Below are positions 26,644 to 40,545 of a stretch of 64,000 nt of DNA, piece by piece. Numbering within the stretch: the first letter of the stretch is position 1; each line of letters begins with the position of its first letter. The position numbers and the translations under genes were made by a program. Source of the stretch: Eledone cirrhosa (taxonomy: Eukaryota); the NCBI GenBank assembly GCA_964016885.1, contig OZ024743.1, forward strand, positions 314,340,001-314,404,000. The letters run 5' to 3'. The notes below the pieces were generated by a model. It was not told the origin of the DNA, did no database searches, and worked only from the letters and a program-made list of their open reading frames with translations.

Positions 26644-29600
26644 AATAATAATAATGATTTCATTTATTGGCCACAAGGGCCGACATATAGGGGACAATAC
26701 AAAAGACTGGGACAGTGGGGTTTTACAGAAAAATCGAGTAAACAATATGAATAAACAAAGCAATAATAACAAAGTAACAATAAAGTAACAAGAAAATTAC
26801 AACAAGAAAACATTCCCCAATAAGGGGGATGACCACCTAGGGTTCGCTCAGGTACCCCACCAGTCCTGAACGACCCGACGCTTCGAAAGAACCTTGGAAG
26901 GGCATCCCACTCCTCTTCAAATTTACCTACCTACAGTCGCATGACCAGAGTAGGCCCACTCACATGGGCCATTCTCGCCACATTCACCCACCTTTCAGGA
27001 AATGTACTGGGGGGCAGCACTTCTCTCTCCCCCTTCACCTTCCTTTCCAAGTGAAACTTGAAAAAGTTGATGAGGGATTGGCCGAAGAGAAAAGTGTCTG
27101 TCTTCAGTCATTTCAACCTCGTCCACCATAAAACCTCTTTCGCTACTGCCACCAGACAGAGGAAAATGGCCTGCCTTTCCTGGCCAAAAGAAGGCGGCGG
27201 GTCGATCTTCACTATGGACTCGGCCGATAGCCGGATCCGTTCTACACGCGACAACAGCTGTTCAACATAACTCCACAAGTCAGTAATGCACGGACACTGG
27301 ACGAGTGCGCGCAGAACGGTTTCGTTGCTCTGCGAGCATCTCGGGCAGGTCCGTCTGACAGCACTTCCGTGCTTATAGAGTTTATCTCGAACCGGCAGTG
27401 CCCCCCCCCCCCCCGCTAGCACTGCCAAGCGAGGGATTTTTGGAAATTATCCATCGTCCCCGGGTCGAAAGTCCTCCGGTACAGACTGGTTAGTTCGACT
27501 TCGTTGACTCCCAGAGCCTCTCCGGGTGCGTCGTCGCACTTGCCCACCACTAATCCTCTATACAACTCGAGAGTGGATGTTCCACTGACCGCATTGTCCG
27601 CCTGGTAGAGGGCAGTGCGTGCCGGGCAACATTCCAGATGCCAGTCACCCAGTCTCGGTCTCTTCTTGACCCAGGACTGCAACTCAGTCAAAGAAACGAG
27701 CTGCGGAAAGCACCCCACCCCTGACAAACGGCCGCCATACCTGTTCACCGTTTAGGCGGAATATCTGGAGATGCCGCAGCCTCAGCGCGTGCCTGCGCAT
27801 CATTAGCCACGGCATGCCCAGCCCTCCACGTAGAGGGTACTGGCCGCAGATGGACCGCCTCACCAGCGGAATCTGACCCCTCCACAAGAATTTGAAGAGG
27901 AGGCGCTCCAAGATGGCGAGGCGTGAACGGGGGCAAGGGACGACAGTCAGACGGTAGTAGATGACGGACGCGATGTACGCGTTCGCCTCCTCCGCCCGAC
28001 CTTTCAGTGATAGCTTCATCCTAGCGCATTTCTGGGTGAGACTGACTACCCTGCACGTCACCTCGTTCCAATTCTTATCAACCTGGAGGTCTGGCCGTAA
28101 CCAAACCCCTAGCAACTTTACCGGTCAGTCCGCCCAGTGCCTCACGACGCTGTTGGACGGCATGGACTTGCCTCTCCAGGTGCCGAGTTGCAAGCGAACT
28201 GACTTTTCCGGGTTAAGTTTTGCTCCCGTCAACCTTTCATATTCCTCCAATAAGTTGCCGACCACCTCGATTTCTGAGGTGTCCGACACCATCACGGTGA
28301 TGTCGTCTGCATAAGCCGACACAGCCTTTCCGCGTCCCGGTTCGAGCGGGATGCCCTGCAACAGCTCCAGCTTCCGCAGTAAATGCTCGAGAGTCAATAC
28401 TTACAGAAGGGAGGATAGAGGGCACCCGAGACGGTCCGATCGGGAGACCTGAAACGGTTCCGAGAGATGGCCATTAATTTTGACCATCGAGCATGTGCCG
28501 CTGTGCATTGCAGCGTTCCAGCCTCTGAAGACGGGGCCGAAGCCAGCCGCCTTGAGGACAGCCTACAGGTACCGATGGTCGACCCTATCGAATGCTTTCT
28601 ATTGATCTAAATTGATGAGAGGCCCACCGAAGCCAGGTTTACACCCTACCCTCGCTATGATGAATCGCATTAGGTGGAGGTTGTCGTGTATGGACCGGTT
28701 GGGATTGCGCAACTTTGCGCTTCCCCAACCAAATCTCCAACGACAACCGCCAACCTCTTCGCTAACACCCTGGCCAAAATCTTAAACTCTGTTGAGCAGA
28801 GTTATGGGCCTCAAATTGTCTAATGTGTCCCTCTTGTTCTCGTCTTTCTTTATCAGCGTCACTACGCCCCGGCTCACAGAACTGGGAATACTCCCGTTTT
28901 GCTGCCAGTTGCAGTAGAGGGCTTTGAGGAGATTGGAGAACAAGTCTGGCATATTACGTAAAGCTCGTAGAGCAGACCATCCAAACCGGGTGACTTGCGC
29001 CTCATGCAGCCGACAAGGGCATCCTGAATCTCGGCTGAAGTAATTGGCCTTTCGCAGCGCCCAGCGTCAGCCGTCGAGAGTTGCGGCAAGCCATCGAGGT
29101 AGAGACTGAAGTCCGCTAACATCTCTGACCCACCACCTCCTCCGAACAACCGAGCAAACAAAATGTTGGCGAAAGGCCTCACACATCCTCTTGGAATATC
29201 TCAGCTCGTGCCCGTCTCGGTCCGTCAAAGACCGAATCGTGGTTTTATTACCACGCTGCACCTCTGCCATACGGGCCCATCGAACAGCTTTGGTTCCCTC
29301 GTTTCTCAGAGCACGTTCCTTAGCTCTGACAATGCAACCTTCGTGTTTCTCATTGAAGAAATGGTCTAATGCCATTCTCGCCGCTAGCACATCAGTTGCA
29401 ATGCCACTACCAATAGCCTCGTTTAACTTAGCTACCAACTCCCCCTCCTTTCTATTTTTCTCTAATGCTACTTCTTTGCTAAACTCTATCGACATTACTC
29501 TAATCTCTCTTTTGAGAGCCCCCCACCATCTATTGTTGACGACTCCCCCTGTCAACTTTTTCTTAACAAAATTGTTGACCTGGTCCCTGTAAGCCTTACG

Positions 29601-31290
29601 TGCCGGAAATGACATGTTTAGCTTCCAGTAACCAGGTCCTAACCTACGCGTCTTATCTAGGTCGACCATACAGCTCACAAACTTGTGATCTGAATAGGCG
29701 ACCGTTTCAAAACGTGGACAGCTTACACTATTTCTGTCTATTTTCCTAATGAATATCCTGTCTATATACGATCTAGACCAATCTATGCGGTTAGCCCAGG
29801 TCCACACTGGCGCATTAGGGAAATCTAGTCGGTACCTGTCAGACAGTTGGAACTGGATGATATGGTTCTTGAGACATGTGCACCGCCCGCTTCTATCGGA
29901 TACTCATACACAGTCGCAGCGTGCGTCTAAGATGCCGTTTCAGTCCTCCGCTAACAGTAAAGGGCGAGACGTACCCAGAAAGGCTTCCAGGCGTCTAAAG
30001 AAGTCCGGCCGTCTGCCCCAGTAGGAGCATAGATGGCCACCAGTCTAAAGGTACTACCTTCATTATTGTTCACGTCCAGGACCACCACTTCCCGTCCGGG
30101 TCCCGGAAGATCGACCTTGCCTCGAGATCCAGGCCTTTCCTAAACAGCACTGCCACCCCGCCTCCCATTCCCGGCCGGCTAACAGATGCAGAGATCTGAT
30201 AGTCGTCGAAAATGGGGACTAGTGCGCGCGTGTCGGAAATCCTGGTCTCGCTGACTGCAATTACATCCACTTCTATAGACCCGAGGTCGTTGAGCAGGTG
30301 ACCCTGCTTCCAGGACGATCCCAAGCCTCGAACATTTAAACATCCTACTCTTAATACGGCCATGTTGGCAGGTTAAACAGAGAGAGAGGAAGGTTTACTT
30401 ACCTTCCGGGCTCTTGTGAAGGTCGGGTTGTTCGATCTCCATAGTTAGTGGGGTTTCTTTTGGGAACCCCTTTAAAAGTCTTGAAGTGGGTTTCACGTTC
30501 AGGGTTCCCACGTCCCGAGGAAAGCTGTCTCATATTTCTTTGAATATGTCGAGCGACATTCACACCAGAACCAAATCTTCCGGCATGCGAAATGTGTTCG
30601 ATTTAAACATTTCCCCCTCTTTTTGTATATTTTCACTTCGTGCTACGAGGACCCACAGTTCCTTGTTGGCCCTCCTGACGACCACGAAGTTTTGTATGTT
30701 TTGTTGGTGTGATTTTATTTGTTTGCGTGGCTGTGGTGGTGATGGTTTTGGTGGTGTTGTTTCGGTTGTATCTGTGTTTGTTGTGAGTGCGCTGTCTGTG
30801 GTTTCAGATGTTTGTGTGTATATTTGTTCTTGCGTCTGTTTCGGTTGTTTGCGTCTAGTGATGGTGATGGTGGTGTTGATGTTGGTGTTATTGGAGAGAT
30901 GTTTGCGTGGGTGGTGTCTGCGTTTTCTATTGTGGTGCTTTTGTGCTTTGTTGAGTTTTTTTCTTCTTTTTGTGTTTCCTTTTTTGTATTTTTGTGTATT
31001 TTGGATTTCCCTCACTTTCACTACTGGTAGATGAGGGTTCTGTGTCTGTAAGTGTGTCTGTATGTATGTTTATGGTTTTATTGGTGTGTGTATTTTTTTT
31101 TGGGGGGGGGATTTGATAGCTTTCCGCGTTTCCCCCCTGGGTGGTCAATGTTGATGGTTTTGACGGTGCTGGTGTTGGTTGTGGTCATCGCCCCGGCGTT
31201 GGCAGCAGTGGAGCCTTTCGACCTCTTGCCTCTTTCACCAGTTGAGGGCAGAAGGCTCGCAAATGGGTTTGTTCCCCACAAACAAAACAC
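26644..31290 (-). mobile_element. L1/Tx1-clade LINE, degenerate (ORF1 remnant, APE, RT, C-terminal Zn knuckle)
   Basis: CLNVRGL, SYIDR..SDH, GPGYWKLN, KSPGLDGL, SAYADD, RGGLGMP, CPRC..ET..ALVQC. AATAAA and (ATT)n tail at about 26644-26665. Confidence 0.92.
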
Positions 31291-31297
31291 TGTGACT

Positions 31298-31572
31298 TTA
31301 AAGGGACGTAACTATGCTGGAAAGCATGGCGTCCGTCCGATACTGCGAAATAATGTTTTGCAATTTAGGTTCAAGGCCAACAATTTTTGGGGAGGAGGAG
31401 AAAACCAACTAAATTAATCCAAGTACATTACTGGTATCTTATTGTATCGAGCACGTAAGGATGAATGGCAAAGATAATGTAGGTAGGATCCGTAATTCAG
31501 AACGTAAAGGGACGTAACTTCATGCTGCTAAGCATATTATCCGACGCTCTACCGATACTGCCAATCCACCTA
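31298..31572 (-). mobile_element. SINE fragments (5' piece plus an older diverged copy)
   Basis: AAAGGGACGTAAC..GCTGGAAAGCATGGCGTCCG and CTACCGATACTGCCAATCCACC. Confidence 0.75.
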
Positions 31573-32312
31573 ACAATAATACTACTAATAGTATTTCATT
31601 TAAGCGCAAGCTACATCTGTAAGATGGTGAGATGGATCAAGGATATCGAGACAAGTAATAGGTGGTGACAGAGCCACTTTCTATTACTTAATATATCGAT
31701 TTATCATGATCAATCACACCTGTGAAACGATCGTAAAGCAATGGACTAATCAAGAACCTGTCTTCACATTTTGATTTATTTTAATTGTTCAAAACACACA
31801 CACTCATATATATATATATAAAAGAGAAAACACTCTCTCTCTATACTATTCCGTTTGTCCCCTCACTTTCTAATTCCTCTTCTTCTCTCTCTATACTAGT
31901 AAATACAATTCCAAAAAAATGTTTTACTCTATATATTAAGAACTATTTCAAGAGTAACTTACTCATTATTCGAAAATTTGGACGTGAACAACAATTATCA
32001 TTGAGTGGCTGCTATTTGCAATATAGCAATATAAGATTGCACTTACCAATGAAACGGTCGTAAATACCTGGATAAAATCCTTCTCTTAATGCTTACTTGT
32101 GTTTTCTCTTTCATACTTTATACTCCAAGATTGAACGGAATTCTTACAAACTTGTGGAGTTACCCCTAACTGTACGTTGAAACCATCCATGAAACTGGCT
32201 TTCTTAACCACGAACTGGATCACAATAAGCAATTTTCTGCTTCCCTAACTATATATATATATAGGAAAATGTTTGACCCCAACGGCAGAGTTCAAGTCGT
32301 TTGGATGACTAT

Positions 32313-32371
<59 letters not shown>

Positions 32372-32911
32372 TCTATACCTCGATTAGAGTCTACGATTGA
32401 GTCTTTTGCGATGAAAGCCTACTACAAAAATAATAGCATTCACCACATGATCTAGTTGGAATTATCTCTTCAAGACTCTATAGAGTTCTAACAACGTTAT
32501 TGGCCTTATCATAAACAGGTGGATAATAATGTATATATATATATATATATATAGGTGTTAAGAGGCAGGTAAATTGCTTCCGTAGGCGGTATGCCGAATA
32601 AGCACTCGATGTTTTGGGGGAGCAGTGTATCAATAGTATTAATATATAAGAGAACAGAAGAGACCACAAATATGGGAAGAATTCGAATAGGTATAGAAGA
32701 AGGTAGAAACACGACCGTAACGCCTCCTATTTTCGGCATGTATTTATCCAACCATCTGAAGGGTGTTCTCCATTGCACTCTTCAAATACAAGCAGAAATA
32801 TTTAGTTTTTAACTTCCCGTCTTTCTCCCATTATTTCTCTCTCTCTCACTCTCTCCCCCCTCTTTCTCTCTCTGTCTGCCTGTATCTCTCTCACTCTCTC
32901 TCACTCAATCT

Positions 32912-33000
<89 letters not shown>

Positions 33001-33035
33001 CCTAATCCGAAATACGATTCTCGCTAATTTATATT

Positions 33036-33069
<34 letters not shown>

Positions 33070-33074
<5 letters not shown>

Positions 33075-33765
33075 CTTTGATAGGTTTCGGCCAGTATTGG
33101 CCCAGGCTATGTCAAACTTAATAGCACCCCCTGGCGAAGTCTTACAAATCAGTGTTTGGGCACCATGGGCCACTCGAGCAGAGAGTTATTGTTTAGGGAG
33201 TCATATTCGGGTGTAGGAGGCTAATCCGGGATTTCTTGAAGGAATTTATCCAATGACTTCTTGAACTTGATGGGGTCTCTCTCTGATTTGATGTGTCTTG
33301 GTGTAATGTTAAAGAGTGCAGGGCCAATTGAGGTGAAATAATTGTGCCGTATTGTTGTTCTTGAAGGAAGTTATCCAATGACTTCTTGAACTTGATGGGG
33401 TCTGTCTCTGCTTTGATGTGTCTTGGTGTAATGTCAAAGAGTGCAGGGCCAATTGAGGTGAAATAATTGTGCCGTATTATTGTGAGATTATTGTCGTGGG
33501 CGGATAGCACGGGGCCCAAGCCTTGGGTGTACACTAAAGGTGATGCCAACATCATTTGGGCAAAGCTGATGGAATATTTTCCACATCATGCAGATAATGT
33601 AGCGTTCACGGCGACGTTGGATAGAATAAGGTTTGAACTTTTCTAATCGACTCCAATAGTCAAGGTCTGTCATATCAACTATATTTTTTGTAATTGACCT
33701 TTGGGGTACTTCAACTTTCATGATACTTTGTCTCGTGTGGGGTGACCACAGTGGACAACAGTAAG
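33070..33765 (-). mobile_element. CR1-group LINE 3' fragment (family of 6610-9990) with ~125-bp internal duplication
   Basis: LDYWSRLEK..QRRRERYIICMMWK. 33235-33360 is duplicated at 33360-33485. Confidence 0.88.
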
Positions 33766-34447
33766 GGATATTTAATTTGTTGGTAATTTAACAAATATAT
33801 ATATTTATAACTGATACGAAGCACTCGATAGGGAATTTAAAGCGACCGTCCAGCTACACGTGGGAGAGAGAAGTCACACTTCAATTTATATTTTTAATTA
33901 TCATGTGTCTATTCTGCCTTTCATAGCTTATAGATTCCATACACTGGTAGTTTTTCCCTGTTTTATTGATGGCACACTATCTCTCTCTAGTGTGTTACCT
34001 TTTCAACATATTGTATTTTAAAGAGCTCAGGATTCCTTCTCCTTTGAACACATTATTGACAGGGAATAGCTAGAGTCTATGGCTCCGTTAATTTATCGTG
34101 ATATTTCGCTGCTTATAACAGTCTTTCCTCTCTCTCTATTTGGTTGAGCACACTGCTCTGAGTAATTTGGGGCTGCCCTTTCTAGCAGCTCGTCCCGCAG
34201 AAGTTCACTGCACTGCCCTAAACACGTTGTAACTTCTATCTCCCACGTGTAGCTGGACGGTCGCTTTAAATTATCTTAGAATTTTCTGAAATGTATAGCC
34301 TAACACACGCTGATGAACGTTGGATTTGTACGTGTGTTATATAGTTATAGAGGTATGTATTTACATTTTAATTTATATTTTTAATTATCGTGTTTTATTG
34401 ATGGCGCATAATCTCTCTCTAGTGTGTTACCCTTTCAACATATTGTA
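33765..34447 (+). mobile_element. Non-coding terminally repeated element (family B) with inverted 5' segment and deleted HHR
   Basis: Direct repeat at 33961/34393. 33834-33870 is inverted relative to 34239-34272. AACACACG CTGATGA...GTA CGTGTGTT at 34302-34338. Confidence 0.7.
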
Positions 34448-34451
34448 TATA

Positions 34452-34537
<86 letters not shown>

Positions 34538-34547
34538 TATATATATA

Positions 34548-34581
<34 letters not shown>

Positions 34582-34618
34582 AATATATAAATATATATTT
34601 ATATATATTATATATATA

Positions 34619-34660
<42 letters not shown>

Positions 34661-34813
34661 TTATATATATATTTGTATATATATTTGTATATATATATAT
34701 AAATATATATTTATATATATATTTGTATATATATATATATATTTATATATATATTTGTATATATATATATATTTATATATATATTTGTATATATGTATAT
34801 TTGTATATATATA

Positions 34814-34880
<67 letters not shown>

Positions 34881-34898
34881 TGTCTTATATATATATAT

Positions 34899-35501
34899 GT
34901 GTCTTTCCCCTCTATATATTCTATTTTAACGTGTCCAGGAAAACTATTTCCTTTGAGCTCATTTAATTACGGGATTATACGCGAGTCCTTTGCTCCGTTA
35001 TTTTTACTTGATATTTCCTCCTTGCGCTCCCTGTGCTGTTGAGCACAATACATTCAATAGTATAGGCTTCCATTTCTAGCAGCTTGTTCTGTTCATGCCA
35101 CAAGTTACTGCCCCAAGCACGCATTTAAATCTTATGTCTACACATGCGAATTGTATGGTTTATTTTAGTTCTCACTAGTAGTGCGGAGAATATCGACCTT
35201 CCACATGCTGATAACCCACTAAATTGGCGAAACATGCTCCTGGTGAGTGTGTACACGTGTGATTAAGGTGAGGATGGTTTTTCATTTCAATTTATACTTT
35301 TAATTTTAATGTTTTACCAATGCCTCTTGTAGCTTATATTATCTTCACGCTGGTGGTTTGAAATTCCTGTAATGAAAAACACACTCTTCTGTGTCTTTCC
35401 CCTGTATATATTGTATTTTAAAGTGTTCAGGGAAACTATTTCCTTTGAGCTCATTTAATTACAGGATTATACGCGAGTCATTTGCTCCGTTATTTTTACT
35501 T

Positions 35502-35503
<2 letters not shown>
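34899..35503 (+). mobile_element. Family A element, second copy (period 492)
   Basis: Collinear with 19900-20430. GTGTCTTTCCCCT repeats at 34899 and 35391. Confidence 0.8.
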
Positions 35504-35580
<77 letters not shown>

Positions 35581-35626
35581 AGTAAAAGCGAAGTAGTTTC
35601 AGATGTTCAAGTCCTTTAATAATAAT

Positions 35627-35700
35627 GTTGTGATATATATTTCAATGACGACACTGGCCACACTGTTCTGTGTGCGAGTGTCGTGACATCATCAGACAGC
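35627..35700 (-). ncRNA. Type I hammerhead ribozyme (left arm)
   Basis: Reverse complement of 35818-35891 with one stem I substitution. Confidence 0.85.
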
Positions 35701-35817
35701 TTGTTACATAATTAGTACTCACAAGGGAACGGATGAAAAACCCAAAAGCACGAACTTCATCCGTTCCCATGTCGATTCAATTTGGATTGCCTCGGAAACA
35801 ACCTAATTATGTAACAA

Positions 35818-35891
35818 GCTGTCTGATGATGTCACGACACTCGCACACAGAACAGTGTGGCCAGTGTCGTCATTGAAATATATATCACAGC
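35818..35891 (+). ncRNA. Type I hammerhead ribozyme with extended stem II
   Basis: GCTGT CTGATGA ..ACGACACT..CACAC-AGAACA-GTGTG..AGTGTCGT.. GAAA TATATA TC ACAGC. Confidence 0.9.
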
Positions 35892-36014
35892 ATTATTATT
35901 AAAGGACATGAACATCTGAAACTACTTCGCTTTTACTTATTCGATATTTACTCCGTCACTCCTATGTGGAAAAAGTACGTTGAGTGCTTGAATTGAATTG
36001 CATCAATGTTTACC

Positions 36015-36110
<96 letters not shown>

Positions 36111-36444
36111 GTTATGAAACGAAATATATATAAAATGTTATGAAACGAAAGGAGCTGTGTGGATACGAAAAACAAATTTTAGGATGGTTGTTAGGACGGA
36201 ACAGGAGGAGAAATGAAGAAAGGAGTTTCCATCGTCAGCTGTAAATATTTTCCGATCCTATGTTTCGGCGCTGAATTACAGGTCATCGGTATAGATCGTT
36301 TGCGCCAGAGGCCTTTTATTAATCAAAAGGCCAGGTGGAAAAGGAGAGAGAAAGAGAGAAAAAAGGGGAAAATAAAGGAGAGAGAAAAGGAATATGAATA
36401 TATATATGAATATATATATATATATATGAATATATATATATATA

Positions 36445-36480
<36 letters not shown>

Positions 36481-36528
36481 GATGAATACGCACATATATA
36501 TATATATAAGAATATATATATATATAAT

Positions 36529-36574
<46 letters not shown>

Positions 36575-36596
36575 TATATATATATATATATATATA

Positions 36597-36664
<68 letters not shown>

Positions 36665-36667
<3 letters not shown>

Positions 36668-36850
36668 CGAAGGAACAAGGTGGACCATAACGCACCAGAG
36701 TACTCAATACTTAGGGTGGTAGAGTGGGTAATAGAAAAATGTTCAATACCCCGACGGCAAAAATTGAGCCGTTTCGACGGCTATTTCTGGACTGAAATAG
36801 CCGTCAAAACGTCTCGAGCTCTTCCGTCGGTGTCTTGAACATTGTCCTAT
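36665..36850. mobile_element. PLE-type pLTR fragment folded back inside the HHR
   Basis: GACGGCTATTTC-TGGACT-GAAATAGCCGTC centre. The arms carry the GAAAC..GTC half of the HHR. Confidence 0.65.
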
Positions 36851-37479
36851 AAATATATATATATATCTGTGCTTGACTAGGCGTAGATATGTGTCAATAT
36901 ACGTAAAATATTGATGGTCATATATATATATAACTAGTATAACATTGTATTGAATTAAGAGGCTTAATTATAAATTTATATGGAAAGAAAAGAAAATAGA
37001 GGAGACTTTTTTTTCTTCTGCCCATTACCTAAGGAAGAAAATAACGGAAAGCGTACAGCATATGATTGAGCAATGTAAAAATAAATTTAATCCAATTAGC
37101 GTGGTAACATCCAATTTAAAGAGAGACTAACAGCCAAAACAAATGCTAACGTGCTATAGATAGTTCTTGTAATCAACAGTCTTCATTTATAAATAAACGA
37201 CTTTAAATAGGAAAACTGAAAAACGCTTGTCGTGATAAAAATGTAAATGTAGAAATGGATGTATTTTCTCGCATTCCTAAGTAAAGTAGTTATAATAATA
37301 TCAGAATATGAGACATAGTTGATATATGGGTATATAACCGGTATATGTATATATAAATGTGCATACATATTTATATATATATACATATATATCTTTGTCG
37401 ATCGACTTTCGTCGAATCGGACCGAGGAAACAATGTTTCCGTTGGTCTTTCCAATTGTTAATACTATCGTACGCAATTC

Positions 37480-37604
37480 CACGTAGAAGGAGCAACGTGA
37501 AATATAGTGTCTTGCTCAAGGACATAACGCATCGCCTGGTCCAAGAATCGAACTGACAACCTCACGATTGCGAATCCAGTTCTCTAACCAATCAGCCACA
37601 CGCC

Positions 37605-37607
<3 letters not shown>
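37480..37607 (-). mobile_element. tRNA-derived SINE fragment (core-like family)
   Basis: GTGTCTTGCTCAAGGACA...AAGAATCGAACT...CTAACCAATCAGCCACACGCCT. Confidence 0.8.
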
Positions 37608-37648
<41 letters not shown>

Positions 37649-39347
37649 TATATATATATACAAATAAATATACATGGGTGTATGATTGTGTGTAGAAGAT
37701 TATATTAATAAAAGGAATTCCAACATTGTCTGATTTACTCGTTTTATTTACAATCGTTTAAAATTATAATGATACTATAATGAAATAGTATGGTAGAATA
37801 TTAAATGTTAAGTTTTAATTGAACAAGTACGTTCATGCTTTCGCAATCTTCAGGTTCTTATTCAGTGGTGAGAGAAGTTTGCAAATTTCAACTGTAATGA
37901 GATGGGTAAATTATGTGCCTTATATACAGTAAAAAGGGGCTACAGAATGCTAAGTTATGAAAACTGTATTTCGACCAATCGGTGTGTAGTTTCACTAGTT
38001 TACGTAAGCTGATTGGTTTAGGCGTCACAGCTGGTTGAGCATGTCTAACGACTTCTATTTGACCCTATCCAAAGCATCAATGTTTTGCTATTTTTAGAAA
38101 TGATCACCATCAACATCACTTTTATTATTATTATTGTTGTTGTCGTTGTTGTTAGTGGTGTTAGTGGCCATGGTTGTAGGCCTAGTCATAGTGGAAGTAA
38201 TACCCCTAAGCATTATTATTGATTATTTAAAGTACCAGTAATGTACTGGGTAATTGCTGGCCTTGTGCCTAAAGTAGAAACAAATATTATTATTGTTCAT
38301 TTAGCTTGGGTTGGAATTTATCATTAAAATTATTTTCTTTAATTTTTCTCTTGATTTCATTAAACCTTTTAATTCATTACTTTGAACAATGATTGGTAGG
38401 TTTGCTTTGGCAGTGTTGAAGATATTCTGGTGACATGGGTTGTGTGTCATTATAACTGGTATGACCAGTTCTTGGTTTCTTCTTCCTTGGGTTATCCTAA
38501 GTTGTTGTATAGGTATTTTGATAGCCCGCTGTATGCCATTTTCTATAAGTAGAGATGGATATTTTTTGTTTGACCAAAAATTCTCTCAGTTCTGTTAGGC
38601 GTTTGTTTCTGGTATTCGTATCTTCTACAATGGTACAAATTCTTCTGGCTAGGCAGGATGGGATGTTGCGTTTTGTATGGGGTGGATGGCACGACTTAAA
38701 ATTCAGATATTGATGGGTGTCTGTGTGTTTATAGTGTATATCCGTGGTAATGGTGGTGTCGTTTTTGATTACCATTATATCTAGGAATGGTAATTTGGTA
38801 CTACTCATCTCTTTTGTAAATTGGAGAGATGGGTGTAGGTTATTCAGGAGGATATTGAACTCATCCAGAGTATCTAGAGATTCTGTTCAGATGATGAAAC
38901 ACTCGTCAAGGTATCTCTTCCAAGACTTTTCAATGTACTTTCTAAATTCACTGCTATATTTCTCCTCTATTTCTTGGTAGAGTTGTTGTTCTAAATATCC
39001 CATTACAGAGTTCGCGTAAACGGCAGCAAACTTCGTTCCCATCGCTGTGCCTATAATTTGGATGTAATTATTCCATTGAAGAAGAAAGTGTTGTTTTCCA
39101 GAATACGTCTGACTGCGTCTAATATAAATGGCGCTGTGAATCTGGTGGGAATCACTTCTCTATGTTTTTCCATCCAGTATTTAACCGCCTTTATTCCTAA
39201 ATCATGTGTAATGCTGGTGTAAAGGCTTACCACATCAAAACTAAGTAGAAGTGAATTCGTTTCCGTGGTTTTGGGAACATAGGACAAGAAGTCGATATCA
39301 TCCCGGATGAAACTGGGAATGTGAATACATAATGGTTTCAAAATAAT

Positions 39348-39448
39348 TGTTTCTATTTTTTTGGCACAAGGCCAGCAATTAACCAGTACATTACTGGTAC
39401 TTTATTTTATCGACTCCGTAAGGATGAAAGGCAAAGTTAACCTCGGAG
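39348..39448 (-). mobile_element. 5'-truncated SINE with 15-bp TSD, nested in PLE
   Basis: TSD TGGTTTCAAAATAAT at 39333-39347 and 39449-39463. Confidence 0.9.
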
Positions 39449-40361
39449 TGGTTTCAAAATAATGTCAACAAAATTGCTGGTCATGTTGGACCAGCTATAA
39501 TAGGTCTAAGTTTTAAGTCTTTTGGGTGTAGTAATTTAATGTACTTATTTTTTTGTTCTTTTACTGCCAGTTGGATTTCATTTAACTTATGAATTTTCGG
39601 TAGGCCATACAGGTTGCTGGGTTTGGGCTCAAAATTGGTGATGTAGTCTCTTTCCGTATCAGTAAGTGAGTTGTAGTATTTTGAAACCAGGTTGTTGATC
39701 TTCTTCATAATGTTGTGGTCTATATTTGACGGTATTTCATGGTAGAATGTTGTGTCTTTCAGTTGTTCCTCAACCAAATCTTTGTAGTATTCAGCATTCA
39801 TTTCCGATTTGTTAATGTTTGGCCTAACTTTAATATTACGTCTAAGAGGAAATTTAGACAGGATGTCAATGAATTGGTCGAGATAGATATTTCTTCCTTT
39901 TGGCGGAGTGAAATTTGATTCATTCTTTACTAGTGATTCATCAATCTCATTACTTTTATCAGCGAAGAATTCTACAAGTCGTAATTTACGACAGAATTCT
40001 TGGATATCCTTCTTTAGTTCTTGGTGGTTGACTGTTGGAGTCGGTGTGAATTTCAGTCCTTTTGACAGAATTTGTACTTCATCATTGTCAAGATCTCTTT
40101 TGGATAAATTAATTATTTTAGGATCTGCGTGTTCAGTTGTTTTGGGTATGTTTCCTCCTGGAGTTTTTCTTTTTCAGGTTTTTGTTGTCCTGACGTTAAA
40201 AAATGTATTTTTCTCTGTTCAGGATTTATATTCCTGTTGGTGTTTTCTCCGTGAACTTTTGGTCGTGATATTATAATTAATTTGGTTATGTTCTTTGTCC
40301 TATTTTTGGTATTATGTATATTATTTTTCCATTTCTTGTTAGCATTATTTTTAACAATCTG

Positions 40362-40545
40362 GGAGGTGGATTAGCAGTATCGGTAGAGGGTCGGACGCCA
40401 TGCTTTCCAGCATAGTTACGTCCCTTTACAATCTGAGTTCAAATCCCGCCGAGGTTGACTTTGCCTTTCATCCTTACGGGGTCGATAAAATATAGTAGCA
40501 CTAATGCACTGGGTAATTGCTGGCCTTGTGCCTAAAGTAGAAACA
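40362..40545 (+). mobile_element. Full-length SINE with 18-bp TSD, nested in PLE
   Basis: TSD ATTATTTTTAACAATCTG at 40344-40361 and 40546-40563. Confidence 0.92.

Larger units (their letters stand above)
35577..35941. mobile_element. Fold-back element with an HHR in each arm
   Basis: Arms 35577-35715 and 35803-35941. The spacer has its own hairpin GGGAACGGATGAA/TTCATCCGTTCCC. Confidence 0.92.
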
